A DNA stretch of 17,571 nt from Patescibacteria group bacterium (GCA_041674405.1 JBAYVT010000007.1:1-17571), one strand, 5' to 3'. Positions 1 to 8,166 are shown, counted from the stretch's first letter. Notes: generated by a model not told the origin, from the letters alone. Made by a program: numbers and translations.

Positions 1-1343
1 CCGCCCCCGCCATAGTCAGATCCACCGAAGCCCCCGCCGCCGATACTGCCTCCGCCCCCGCCGGAACCTGAGCCCCAATTAGAAGAGGAGGGGGGAGGAG
101 TGTGGTCAACATCATCCACGGCGTTGTGGGCCTTGTCCCCAAGGTCCTTTGCCTGTGCAAAGTAGCTGACGCTGGAGATTGGATCGCTTCCCTCGTTAGC
201 CTGGCCCAGGTTGAACTGGTCCTCGGCTTCTGAGATTAGCGATTCCGCTTCCGATTGGCTGTTCTCGCTCCACTGGCTAGCATACGAGCGAGCGCGGTTA
301 ATTGCGGACCTGGCCGCACTGCGCTGACCAGGGATGCCCGCAATGGCATTCTGCATCTGAGTCCAGCGGTCTTCGGCTCGGCCGAACACTTCAAGCGCGT
401 TGTCCGCGATCTGGTTGGCCCGGTCGAGGCTGTTCTTCGCCTCGACGAACCTCTGCACCTTCATCTCGTTGAGCGCTTTCGCAGTGTTCCACTCGTCGTT
501 GGCTGTGCTCATCTGCTCGTAAGCCGACTGGACTTGAACACTCATCCTGTACTTCGGGTAGCGCTCCAGCTGTCCGGCCACGAACTGCGCCCGGTTGTAG
601 CGGCCTTCAACAATCGAGATGCACGATGGGAAATCGGCAATACGACGATCGTTGGTGCCCTTCATCTCCGGGACTGCCGATGCCAGCTTTCTGGCTTCAG
701 TACACAGCCGTTCGCCTTCGAGGCATGAGACGTAGATCGCTCGGTAATCCGGTAGCCCCTGTTGGAGCTTCCGTCCTACGAGCGAAATCGCCTTGTCGTG
801 GTTGTCGTGCGCAGACGCATTGGTTTTGCGCGCCGGCGCGAAATGGACGGTGAAGTAGCCCATCCTCTCGAATGCTTTGACGTCAGCCTCAAGCTGCTTG
901 ACCATCGCTGCGAGTTTTCCAGGCTCGCCTTGATAGTTGGCCAATGCTTGGTCGAGAAAGGCGATCTCTTCGTGCCAGCCGGCGTAACCGGCCTTGACTT
1001 TCTGACTGTGCACGACGGCTTCCCGGGCAAACCTGGTCTTCATGCTTGGCCGTCTTGTAGACTTGGCCTTCGCGATCGAGTCCCTGGCTGCTTGAAGCTC
1101 TGAGATCGCCTGAGTGGGGCTGAACTTCTCGAGGTAGACCGCGAGATGTTTCTCTCGTGCTGCCTTCAGCTCAGTTGTCGCTGCTTGCAGATCCGTCTCG
1201 GCCTGGTCTACCGTTGCAGTCGCTTCCTTGAGAAAACGCTGCGCGGCATGCTCTAGGCCGATGCGGATTCCTTGGCAGACAAGAAGCGCAACCAAAAGCA
1301 CGATGAAAACCGTGCCAAGGCTACGCCGACTGCTAAGGTCCAT
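1..1343 (-). CDS. Partial CDS (3' end runs off the left edge): N-terminally membrane-anchored, long helical/coiled-coil protein with Gly-rich C-terminal tail; function unknown
   Basis: Absent from the ORF track because it has no in-window stop. Hand translation of the reverse strand from ATG (1343..1341) gives MDLSSRRSLGTVFIVLLVALLVCQGI..., with one hydrophobic helix. About 400 aa of Ala/Gln/Glu/Arg-rich helical sequence follow, ending ...PPPSSSNWGSGSGGGGGSIGGGGFGGSDYGGG at the window edge. I checked triplets 3..302 one by one and saw no TTA/CTA/TCA; none was seen while translating the rest. Composition is high-GC. Confidence 0.6.
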   Translation of the reverse strand, partial: MDLSSRRSLGTVFIVLLVALLVCQGIRIGLEHAAQRFLKEATATVDQAETDLQAATTELKAAREKHLAVYLEKFSPTQAISELQAARDSIAKAKSTRRPSMKTRFAREAVVHSQKVKAGYAGWHEEIAFLDQALANYQGEPGKLAAMVKQLEADVKAFERMGYFTVHFAPARKTNASAHDNHDKAISLVGRKLQQGLPDYRAIYVSCLEGERLCTEARKLASAVPEMKGTNDRRIADFPSCISIVEGRYNRAQFVAGQLERYPKYRMSVQVQSAYEQMSTANDEWNTAKALNEMKVQRFVEAKNSLDRANQIADNALEVFGRAEDRWTQMQNAIAGIPGQRSAARSAINRARSYASQWSENSQSEAESLISEAEDQFNLGQANEGSDPISSVSYFAQAKDLGDKAHNAVDDVDHTPPPSSSNWGSGSGGGGGSIGGGGFGGSDYGGG

Positions 1344-1600
1344 CAGTACCGCCTCCTTGTCATACGGATGACTATTCGCGTTATTATCGCGTTGAACGAC
1401 TGCCTCACACTACTATATTTTAGTCGATATGTCAAGAGTAATGGCCTGTATTTTATCAGCCATTTTTTCTCGAAAAAACAAAAAGTTACTCTTAAAATGG
1501 CAAAAATTAAAGATTTCTGGTTAAAATCTGTTGACCAGAACTATATAATCGTGTAAATTGGCATGTGCAAGATATTCTATTATACGGGTAACGGAGGTCA

Positions 1601-2248
1601 ATGCGGATGAATGCGCCGGGCTCGCGGTTGTGGTTGGTGTCGTGTCTAGCTTTTCGGGCGATTAGCTGGTGTTTGGGCCAGCGATCTGTAGTCATTGGCC
1701 TGGAGAATCTGCCTCAGCATGGCGGATATATCCTGGCCCCCAAACATCAGTATGTCACCGACCCCCCGCTGATCTCGGTGGCATTTTCACGCCCAACGTA
1801 CTTCATGGCCAAGATCGAGTTGTTCAAGCTCGCGGTGTTTCGCTGGTATCTTGGTCAAATTGCGGTGTTTCCCGTAGATCGGGATGATCCGCAATCCGGT
1901 TCGGAGGCAACTTCCCTGGCGATTCAGCTTGCGAGTGCGGGTAAGCCGGTGGCAATCTTCCCGGAGGGTGGCAGATATCCCGGAATTGGCATGGGCGAGC
2001 TGCACGAAGGACTGGTATTGATCGCCAGGAGGGCGAGAGTGCCAGTGATACCGCTTGCGATTGGGTACAAGCCCAATCATCCCAAGCTATTTGGCCGTGG
2101 CCAAAGATGGCTCGTTGTTATCGGGCCACCGGTAAGCGATCAGTCCGGAATCACTCATGGCAAGGGTTGCCGTCTCACGACGGAGGACCTCAGTCTTGCT
2201 CTGTCAGAGGTGACCGTTGCCGCTGTCACGCTGGCAGAAAGCATGTAG
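1601..2248 (+). CDS. plsC: Lysophospholipid (1-acyl-sn-glycerol-3-phosphate) acyltransferase family protein
   Basis: 215-aa ORF carrying the four acyltransferase motifs: H(X)4D (KHQYVTD), FPVDR, FPEGGR and VPVIPLAI. GGAGG at 1591-1595 precedes ATG 1601; ATG 1607 is an alternative start. High-GC. Confidence 0.8.
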   Translation: MRMNAPGSRLWLVSCLAFRAISWCLGQRSVVIGLENLPQHGGYILAPKHQYVTDPPLISVAFSRPTYFMAKIELFKLAVFRWYLGQIAVFPVDRDDPQSGSEATSLAIQLASAGKPVAIFPEGGRYPGIGMGELHEGLVLIARRARVPVIPLAIGYKPNHPKLFGRGQRWLVVIGPPVSDQSGITHGKGCRLTTEDLSLALSEVTVAAVTLAESM

Positions 2249-2269
2249 CACTGGAGGGGGCACAGAAAA

Positions 2270-2289
2270 GGCGGGCTTAAAAGCCCGCC
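2270..2289. terminator. GC-rich hairpin between convergent genes (bidirectional intrinsic terminator candidate)
   Basis: ggcgggctt (2270-2278) pairs with aagcccgcc (2281-2289). On the minus strand it is followed directly by cttttc; on the plus strand by ...cccatttt. It lies between the plsC stop (2248) and the GNAT stop (2312). Confidence 0.6.
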
Positions 2290-2311
2290 CGCTCCCATTT
2301 TCAAACTAAAA

Positions 2312-2788
2312 TTATATTTCTAAAACATATACAGTTGTTGGTTCTCCCTGGTCGTTTATCGACTCCTCGAGCCGAGACCAGCCCAGCTTTTCGTAGAGTC
2401 TGTGGGTATGTTCTGTGTGTAAATAAATTTTTTTGAATCCAAACTTTTTAGCAATATCTAAAACCCGATTTATTAGTTGTGATGCAATGCCTTGTCCGCG
2501 ATAGTTCTCTTTTACATAAACACCTGCAATCCACGGTGTAAGATCGGGCCGTTTGTCCAGATCATGCTCCCAAAGAGAGGCCGTCCCGACCCAGTCACCA
2601 CCATCAAGGGCGACAAGAATGAAGGGAACTTTGTTGATATTTAGTTTCTTCTGAATGCCCTTTTTCAATTTTTCGAAACCTACATCATCTTTTTCTCTAA
2701 TCCACTCGGCTAACCATATTCTGGCAATTTCGTCGATAAATTTCTGATGTTTGGCCAAAAAATCAATTTTAGTTTCATATTTTTTCAT
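2312..2788 (-). CDS. GNAT-family N-acetyltransferase
   Basis: 158-aa ORF with the acetyl-CoA binding motif A, R-G-Q-G-I-A, in YRGQGIASQLINRVLDIAKKFG. Length is typical for the family. Low-GC, unlike both neighbours. Confidence 0.85.
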   Translation of the reverse strand: MKKYETKIDFLAKHQKFIDEIARIWLAEWIREKDDVGFEKLKKGIQKKLNINKVPFILVALDGGDWVGTASLWEHDLDKRPDLTPWIAGVYVKENYRGQGIASQLINRVLDIAKKFGFKKIYLHTEHTHRLYEKLGWSRLEESINDQGEPTTVYVLEI

Positions 2789-2869
2789 TGCTGTAATTTT
2801 ATTTTAACATTTTTTAGCTTAAGGGTTCTGTTAAATTTGTAACCGGTCTTTTATCCACAATCTTTCCAA

Positions 2870-2897
2870 TTGACAGCATTTTTTATTCATATACAAT
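2870..2897 (+). promoter_or_regulatory. Sigma70-like promoter candidate (TTGACA-16 nt-TACAAT)
   Basis: TTGACA at 2870-2875 and TACAAT at 2892-2897, with a 16-nt AT-rich spacer, about 130 nt upstream of the amidohydrolase ATG. Confidence 0.45.
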
Positions 2898-2965
2898 GAT
2901 AAGGGTTAAAAATGACGAACAGGCAAAAACGCAAAAAAAGGAAGGTGATACTCTCTCGCACAAAG

Positions 2966-2988
2966 TGAGCCTAGGGCTCATTTTTTTT
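2966..2988 (+). terminator. Leader terminator/attenuator hairpin between the promoter and the amidohydrolase start
   Basis: tgagcc (2966-2971), loop tag, ggctca (2975-2980), then eight T (2981-2988). It ends 40 nt before ATG 3029. Confidence 0.5.
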
Positions 2989-3028
2989 ATACCCCAGAAC
3001 GTTAACAATATTATAGGAGGCAAACAAA

Positions 3029-4069
3029 ATGATCGATGCGCATGTGCACCTGGATCGGGCGTGGACGGTAGAGGATAAGTACATTGAGCACGAGAGGCTG
3101 AGCATCAGGGAACTCGCAGGGTTGCCTTTGAGCTTGAAGCAGCGGGCGGTAGGCAAGCTACACAGCGGCTTGGCATTTCAGCCTGGGCCGATGAAGGAGC
3201 GGATGGGGCAGGTTATCAAGTCAAAGGCTGAGGCAGGGGAGACAGAACTCTGGACCTGCATCGATACCACTCCGGACATCGGGCTTACTGCCTTCAATGC
3301 GGCACTCGAGCTTTCCGCCGAGTATGCCGGCAGTATCGATATCAAAGTCGGCGCCTACCCGGTGTTTGGATTCAAGGCCTGGGGATCAGATCGACACGAT
3401 ATCATCCGTGAAGCGGCGAGGCGAGCTCATTTCCTTGTCGGTTTGCCGGAGCGGGACGTGGCGCTAGACCACCCGATCGGATTTCGTGGCCACTTGAAGG
3501 CACTCTTCGAACTGGGGCAAGAGTTCTCGTTGCCGATTCATGTGCACCTCGATCAGGCCAATAGCCCGTCTGAAGCGGGAACTGAGACTCTGATCGAAGG
3601 CGTGCGCTGGTTCGGATCGCCGATCGTTCCGGGTACGAAAGGCAAGCCTTCGGTCTGGGCGGTCCATGTGATCTCACCTGCGTGCTATCCGGATGATCGC
3701 TTCCGGAAGCTCCTTGATGGACTACTTGAGTGCAATATTGGTGTAATCGTCTGCCCGCATGCGGCGATCTCCATGCGCCAGCTTCGTCCGTATAATGCGC
3801 CAGTGCACAACTGCATCGCCCGAGTGAGAGAGATGCTGGCGGCTGGGATTCCGGTGCGGCTCGGGACCGACAATATCGGCGATCTTTTCGTCGGGCTTCG
3901 GCGACCCGACCTAAGGCGTGAGATTGAGATGATTCAATCTGCCGTCCGCCTATACGACGATGTCCTCTGGAACAAGGTGGCCTGTGGTCAGTCACTCGAC
4001 GACGTTGACCTCCACACCATCCGAACCTCACTCGAGGAAGACGAGGAGGTGTTTAGGACTCTGTCCTAA
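3029..4069 (+). CDS. Metal-dependent amidohydrolase superfamily protein (cytosine-deaminase-like subgroup)
   Basis: 346-aa ORF with an N-terminal HxH (IDAHVHLD), a central HVHLDQ and a C-terminal GTDN aspartate motif. AGGAGG at 3015-3020 lies 8 nt before the ATG. High-GC. Confidence 0.8.
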   Translation: MIDAHVHLDRAWTVEDKYIEHERLSIRELAGLPLSLKQRAVGKLHSGLAFQPGPMKERMGQVIKSKAEAGETELWTCIDTTPDIGLTAFNAALELSAEYAGSIDIKVGAYPVFGFKAWGSDRHDIIREAARRAHFLVGLPERDVALDHPIGFRGHLKALFELGQEFSLPIHVHLDQANSPSEAGTETLIEGVRWFGSPIVPGTKGKPSVWAVHVISPACYPDDRFRKLLDGLLECNIGVIVCPHAAISMRQLRPYNAPVHNCIARVREMLAAGIPVRLGTDNIGDLFVGLRRPDLRREIEMIQSAVRLYDDVLWNKVACGQSLDDVDLHTIRTSLEEDEEVFRTLS

Positions 4070-4078
4070 CGTGAACCA

Positions 4079-4116
4079 CCATCCCCGCCCATAATGGGCG
4101 GGGATGGAGTCGTTTT
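4079..4116 (+). terminator. Intrinsic terminator (12-bp perfect GC-rich stem)
   Basis: ccatccccgccc (4079-4090), loop ataat, gggcggggatgg (4096-4107), then agtcgtttt. It starts 10 nt after the amidohydrolase stop. Confidence 0.7.
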
Positions 4117-4159
4117 AAAGAACTATTTTTCTAGAAGATAAAAATCCACATCGAGATCT

Positions 4160-5080
4160 TCAAATTTCTTCTTCAAATATTTTGAAAGAGGGGGAATATG
4201 GCACCGCTTTCAAGCCTTGTTCGCGAAGAATTATTGCCGGGTGCGAACAAATGCCGTATTTGACATAAACCAGGTTCTTGTGTTCCTTAATTTTGTTAAT
4301 TATCCGAAAAAATTCAGTCTCATCATCGCCTCGGGCCAGAGTGGTCAAAAGCAAAATATCCTGTTTGCCATTCCAGCTTCTAAGATCAGCAAAAGATTCG
4401 ACCTCAAACAAATTATGTTTATCGGAATCAAAATTAAAATTAGAAAAATGGCAGGTCTTTTTGAATTCCATTATTGTAAAATTTCCATCAGGCATTATGA
4501 AAAATTCATACAAAATGTCATCATCCCAGTCAAATTTTTTAATCTTTTGCCACAAATTTTTGATGTCGGCAATCAAATCCTCCGGATTATTCCGAACAAT
4601 TCTTTTTTCAAGGACGCTCCCATTCTCAAAAAGGCAAGTTTTTGGTGCTACCGAAATTTGCATCTTTGCTTTACTGCCGCTTATGATCACATTGTCGCAG
4701 CTTTTTGCCGACTCCGATTCCCAGACGCCATTGATTATGCTCATATAGTATATACCGCTGTTCTTAACAAAAGTGCCGCTGTATTTGGCGGTGACGAATC
4801 CTTGAACTATCGCCACGAGCTTGGGGGTGATTTTTTCTGAGATAAATTGATAAATTTCTTCGAAAGATTTGATTATCACACTTCTCGGAAGGTTTATCGT
4901 CCTATTTGCAGAAGAAAATCGGACTCCCATTCTGTCGCCATTAGTAAAGCCGGCATCCAGTAGTTCAGCAAATAATTTGTCTTTAGGGGGCAAATTCCGC
5001 AAAATCAAAAGATTCTGCTTAAACAGCCCCTTTTTCTTAAGCTCGGTTAGTGATTCGGCTTTTTGCCCAAGTTTCTTCAT
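4160..5080 (-). CDS. Small PEP-utilising-enzyme-like protein (PPDK/PEP-synthase N-terminal ATP-grasp-like region plus phosphohistidine swivel motif)
   Basis: 306-aa ORF. The N-terminus KKLGQKAESLTELKKKGL resembles the GGKAANLGEL opening of PEP/pyruvate-binding domains. The C-terminus YGICSHPAIILREQGLKAVP resembles the G-x-T-S-H-x-A-I-x-x-R-E-x-G-I-P-A-V mobile-domain motif with the catalytic His. Confidence 0.55.
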   Translation of the reverse strand: MKKLGQKAESLTELKKKGLFKQNLLILRNLPPKDKLFAELLDAGFTNGDRMGVRFSSANRTINLPRSVIIKSFEEIYQFISEKITPKLVAIVQGFVTAKYSGTFVKNSGIYYMSIINGVWESESAKSCDNVIISGSKAKMQISVAPKTCLFENGSVLEKRIVRNNPEDLIADIKNLWQKIKKFDWDDDILYEFFIMPDGNFTIMEFKKTCHFSNFNFDSDKHNLFEVESFADLRSWNGKQDILLLTTLARGDDETEFFRIINKIKEHKNLVYVKYGICSHPAIILREQGLKAVPYSPSFKIFEEEI

Positions 5081-5118
5081 AATCTATTTTCCCAACAGAC
5101 GATTAACATATTTTTTAT

Positions 5119-5562
5119 TTATTCTGCATAGTTTGGGTATTTGGGGTCGGTAAGATCGTCGATTATTTCTACCGGCTCGATAGTGCCTTGCCAAAAATTG
5201 ATTCCGAGCTCTGCAGCCCCTCGTTCACAAACTTTGATATAGCTGGCATATACCGGGAGTTGGGCGCTCTTCTTTTCAGGCCAAATGAAAGCGAAGCAAT
5301 CATTAGCGACCTCAACAAGATCGGAGCCAGATTCACGAGAAATCAAATCGTCCAGTTCACTATCATTGACTTTGAAATAAGCTACCTGAACTTCAGAATC
5401 AGGATTTTTTCGCATGTTTAAATAAGCCCGATCTTTAAATGGAGCATTAAATATTCGTTCGTATCCCTTAAGATTCAAGGGCGTTAATTTTTTAGTTGTC
5501 GGAATAGTCTTTTGTCGGCTCTTGCTATCGAGCAGCGAACCATAAGCTATAATTTTTTTCAT
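5119..5562 (-). CDS. Gamma-glutamylcyclotransferase-like (AIG2/ChaC fold) protein
   Basis: 147-aa ORF. N-terminal KIIAYGSLL matches the YGSL/YGTL signature, and GYERIFN and VAYFKV segments follow in ChaC-like order. GAAGGAG Shine-Dalgarno upstream (reverse complement of 5567-5573). Confidence 0.5.
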   Translation of the reverse strand: MKKIIAYGSLLDSKSRQKTIPTTKKLTPLNLKGYERIFNAPFKDRAYLNMRKNPDSEVQVAYFKVNDSELDDLISRESGSDLVEVANDCFAFIWPEKKSAQLPVYASYIKVCERGAAELGINFWQGTIEPVEIIDDLTDPKYPNYAE

Positions 5563-5583
5563 TTGGCTCCTTCGATGAGCTAA

Positions 5584-5823
5584 TCATTTCTCTAATACAT
5601 AAAAATCCGCATCGAGATCTTCGAATTTTTCGCGAAACCATTTGCGCGCGTCGGAAACTCCGCGATTGTAGAATGCCGGTCCGGCCTTTTTCAGAATGAA
5701 ATCCAGAACTATTTCTGCTCTCAGGTCGCCAAGATCCTCTTCAAATTCTTTTCTAAAAAAATCTTTGATCTCGCCGATCAATATTTTTTTATCATCTTCG
5801 TTTAGTTCAATTTCCTTTTTCAT
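5584..5823 (-). CDS. DUF2164 family protein
   Basis: 79-aa ORF. EEDLGDLRAEIVLDFILKKAGPAFYNRGVSDA...DLDADFYVLEK follows the DUF2164 pattern as I recall it: acidic stretch, LLDFF, G-x-x-x-YN-x-G, C-terminal L-E-x-Y-x-LE. Confidence 0.75.
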   Translation of the reverse strand: MKKEIELNEDDKKILIGEIKDFFRKEFEEDLGDLRAEIVLDFILKKAGPAFYNRGVSDARKWFREKFEDLDADFYVLEK

Positions 5824-5832
5824 AAATGCGGC

Positions 5833-6336
5833 TCATTTTTTAATAAATTTTTTCATATTCTTTACAAAAACCGGCATAGAGCCATATATTTCATGGACCA
5901 TATTACGCAGAACCGAATCACACTCTTTCGAATCGGGTGGAGGAATATGAAAAGATATCTTTTTGCCAGAAACAATTTCGCTAAACATCGGAACCTTGAT
6001 ACCAAAGTGCTCACATATCCAATCCTGATGATATTCTGCCATCGCCACGATCAGATCAGAATCATCAATTATTTTCTGGGTTAATTGAGTTCTTTTGTGC
6101 CCCGAAACATCAATTCCGATTTTTTTTAGTTCATCAAAGTGGGCAAAGTTATACCCGCTTGTATCAGTGCTCGTGTCTGTACCGGCAGAAGTAATATTGA
6201 GATTGGTAATGTTGTTTTTCTTTGAATATTCTTTTAAACAATATTCGGCCATCAAGCTGCGTGCGATATTATCCGAACAAACAAAACAGACGCTAGTTTT
6301 TCTAATTCCGGTTTTGGATTCAATTTCTTTTTTCAT
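5833..6336 (-). CDS. Low-molecular-weight protein phosphatase / arsenate-reductase-fold protein
   Basis: 167-aa ORF with an N-terminal C-X5-R-S P-loop (VCFVCSDNIARS). Its start overlaps the upstream gene stop by 4 nt (ATGA). Confidence 0.75.
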   Translation of the reverse strand: MKKEIESKTGIRKTSVCFVCSDNIARSLMAEYCLKEYSKKNNITNLNITSAGTDTSTDTSGYNFAHFDELKKIGIDVSGHKRTQLTQKIIDDSDLIVAMAEYHQDWICEHFGIKVPMFSEIVSGKKISFHIPPPDSKECDSVLRNMVHEIYGSMPVFVKNMKKFIKK

Positions 6337-6821
6337 TTTTTAAGGACTTTCAGAATAATTTTGGCGGTTTCTTCCGGAGCTTGCGATGAGTTGTCTATAA
6401 TGGTGGTTTTGAATCCGGGATTATTGATACCGATATCATAGTGATGCTTGACGCGTTTTGCTTCCCATTCATCAAGTTCGCGCGCGCCGCGGTTATTTGC
6501 TGCGATGTCAAGCTTCGGGTTTAGTGTAAAGGCGTGAATATCTTTCTTGTCGATGTCAATATTGGAAACTAGAAAATCGTAATTTTCCTTTGAAAGCGGG
6601 TAGTTGATTATAGTATTCAAACCTGTTTTTAGAAAATTATTGGCGACATCGGCAGCATTTTTGAGATTTAGTTTAATCAATTCATCACTGAGCGGGATAA
6701 AGGGTACAAAACTTCGCAGCTTATCGATTTCAATAGAAGCTGTATTTGGGAGTTCTTTTGCCAAAATTTCCGCTATGGTAGACTTTCCCGAATTGATTGA
6801 TCCGCTAATTACTATTAACAT
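6333..6821 (-). CDS. Small P-loop NTPase/kinase (AAA_33 / chloramphenicol-phosphotransferase-like size and layout)
   Basis: 162-aa ORF with Walker A at residues 6-14 (GSINSGKST). AAGGAGG Shine-Dalgarno immediately upstream (reverse complement of 6826-6832). Confidence 0.7.
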   Translation of the reverse strand: MLIVISGSINSGKSTIAEILAKELPNTASIEIDKLRSFVPFIPLSDELIKLNLKNAADVANNFLKTGLNTIINYPLSKENYDFLVSNIDIDKKDIHAFTLNPKLDIAANNRGARELDEWEAKRVKHHYDIGINNPGFKTTIIDNSSQAPEETAKIILKVLKK

Positions 6822-6871
6822 TTCTCCTCCTTGTACCCTAAGTATAACAAAAATATATTCGAAATATTATT

Positions 6872-8161
6872 TTATTGAGATACTGCTCCGCCAGCTCTTT
6901 TAACATGAGTCCATTCACATCCACCAACACCGGTTCTGTGTTCGCGCAAGAGTTTTGGAATGCTATAAAATCCTTTAATTGTTGCGATATATTCGACACA
7001 AGAAAGTATATACATCAAGAGATATGCAATCGGAACCATGACAGCAAATTTTGTTCTTTCATATATACTATATCCTTGCGTTGCTCCACTCGTGAGAATA
7101 ACGGTATAAAAACAAAAAGTAAGGACTGAGCCTGCAATTGTAGTAAAATCTCCGTTTACGAAGATTAAATAAAGAATATATCCAATCATAAGTGGCTCGA
7201 TAGCAGAAATTATTTCGGAAAATAAAGCATATGGCAGATAAAACCATGAAAGCAACTTTCCAAGTTTTCGATCTTTTGAAAAGAAAAGATCGCGCCTTTT
7301 CAAAAACGCCTGGTAACGGCCATATTTCCAGCGGTTTCGTTGTTTCAGAAGCTCGGGGATGCTGGCAACCGACTCAGAGAAAACTACCATCGACGGATCG
7401 TAGCCGATAAATTTCTTGTCTTTGTAGTGCAATATCATTTTCATCGATAGGTCGATATCCTCGGTGATCGTATCGGTATCATAACCGTTTAAAGTACGCA
7501 GTATTCTCATTCTGTACATAGAACCGACTCCTCCAACAATATATTGTATGCGGGTCATCGCTTCGGCTTTCTTCATCTGGTGATTTAGCATATACTCAAT
7601 TCTCTGGAGGAGATTGAGCATGCCTTTTCCGGGAATGATTTTTACATTGGATGCGAGAGCACCAACCCTCTTTTCGCGAAAAAATTCAACGGCTATTTTC
7701 AGCGCGTCCTTTGTTAGTACCGAGTCGGCATCAAGACACATAAAGAGCGAGCCCTTGGCGAATCTCAAGCCTTTATTCATTGCTTTCGCCTTGCCGCGGA
7801 CATTAACATTAAGAACCTTAATTTTTTTGAGTTTTCCTCTAAATTTGCGCTGGAAGAGAAGAGCAATATTTTTTGTTCTATCATCACTGGAATCATTTAC
7901 GATAATTAACTCAACATTTTTGTATGAACTTTTCACAATACTCACAAGATTGCGATACAGGGCAACTTCCTCATTGTGTGCAGGAACGATAATGGTAATA
8001 AGTGGGTGATAATGATGAGAATAATATCGTTGATTCTCGTCCGCATCATCTTTTCGCCCGATGGTTTTGATGTCGTATAGATCACTAGCAACAGAGAAAA
8101 ATGTCAACCGTACAAGATTGATAAAACTGAGCATTAGAACCAAATAAGCTATAAAAAGCAT
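6872..8161 (-). CDS. Family-2 glycosyltransferase, membrane-integrated processive type (PgaC/NodC/cellulose-synthase-like)
   Basis: 429-aa ORF. It has an N-terminal TM helix, IIVPAHNEE, VNDSSDD, a DAD motif (CLDADS), TED, and the Q-R-x-R-W motif (QRNRWKYG). Several C-terminal hydrophobic helices follow. Confidence 0.85.
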   Translation of the reverse strand: MLFIAYLVLMLSFINLVRLTFFSVASDLYDIKTIGRKDDADENQRYYSHHYHPLITIIVPAHNEEVALYRNLVSIVKSSYKNVELIIVNDSSDDRTKNIALLFQRKFRGKLKKIKVLNVNVRGKAKAMNKGLRFAKGSLFMCLDADSVLTKDALKIAVEFFREKRVGALASNVKIIPGKGMLNLLQRIEYMLNHQMKKAEAMTRIQYIVGGVGSMYRMRILRTLNGYDTDTITEDIDLSMKMILHYKDKKFIGYDPSMVVFSESVASIPELLKQRNRWKYGRYQAFLKRRDLFFSKDRKLGKLLSWFYLPYALFSEIISAIEPLMIGYILYLIFVNGDFTTIAGSVLTFCFYTVILTSGATQGYSIYERTKFAVMVPIAYLLMYILSCVEYIATIKGFYSIPKLLREHRTGVGGCEWTHVKRAGGAVSQ

Positions 8162-8166
8162 TGGAT

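Noticed and set aside
255-1103. Track ORFs 255-728 (+), 626-853 (+), 762-1103 (+) and 776-1030 (-)
   Set aside because: They overlap each other and lie antisense to, or out of frame with, the long minus-strand ORF open from 1343 to the edge. They use TTG-type starts, have no RBS, and give Arg/Ala/Pro-rich shadow-type translations typical of high-GC DNA.
1272-2080. Track ORFs 1272-1556 (+), 1507-1695 (-), 1669-1887 (+) and 1787-2080 (-)
   Set aside because: The first spans the start of the minus-strand gene and the AT-rich spacer and has no RBS. The others are alternative-frame or antisense shadows of plsC, whose motifs identify the true frame.
2896-3156. Track ORFs 2896-3078 (+) and 2971-3156 (-)
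   Set aside because: Both cross the leader terminator and the amidohydrolase RBS and start codon. No RBS or motifs support them. The region is better explained as a regulatory leader.
3402-4031. Antisense ORFs 3402-4031, 3464-3667 and 3685-3873 (-)
   Set aside because: These are Arg/Pro/Ser-rich shadows inside the high-GC amidohydrolase gene, whose HxH, HVHLDQ and GTDN motifs fix the coding strand.
4217-4840. 207-aa and 156-aa plus-strand ORFs antisense to the PEP-utilising-like gene, surprisingly long for ~30% GC DNA
   Set aside because: The 207-aa ORF is codon-aligned with the sense gene, so it only shows that the sense gene uses no TTA, CTA or TCA codons over about 208 codons. The Leu codons I spot-checked were TTG, CTT and CTG. 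Its translation is Phe/Ile/Lys/Asn-rich low-complexity sequence with no RBS. It is a codon-usage curiosity, not an overlapping gene.
5188-8009. Other plus-strand antisense ORFs in the minus-strand cluster (5188-5421, 5696-5950, 5893-6084, 6095-6343, 6604-6903, 6875-7129, 7614-8009)
   Set aside because: Each is fully embedded in a motif-supported minus-strand gene, and their translations are low-complexity shadows.
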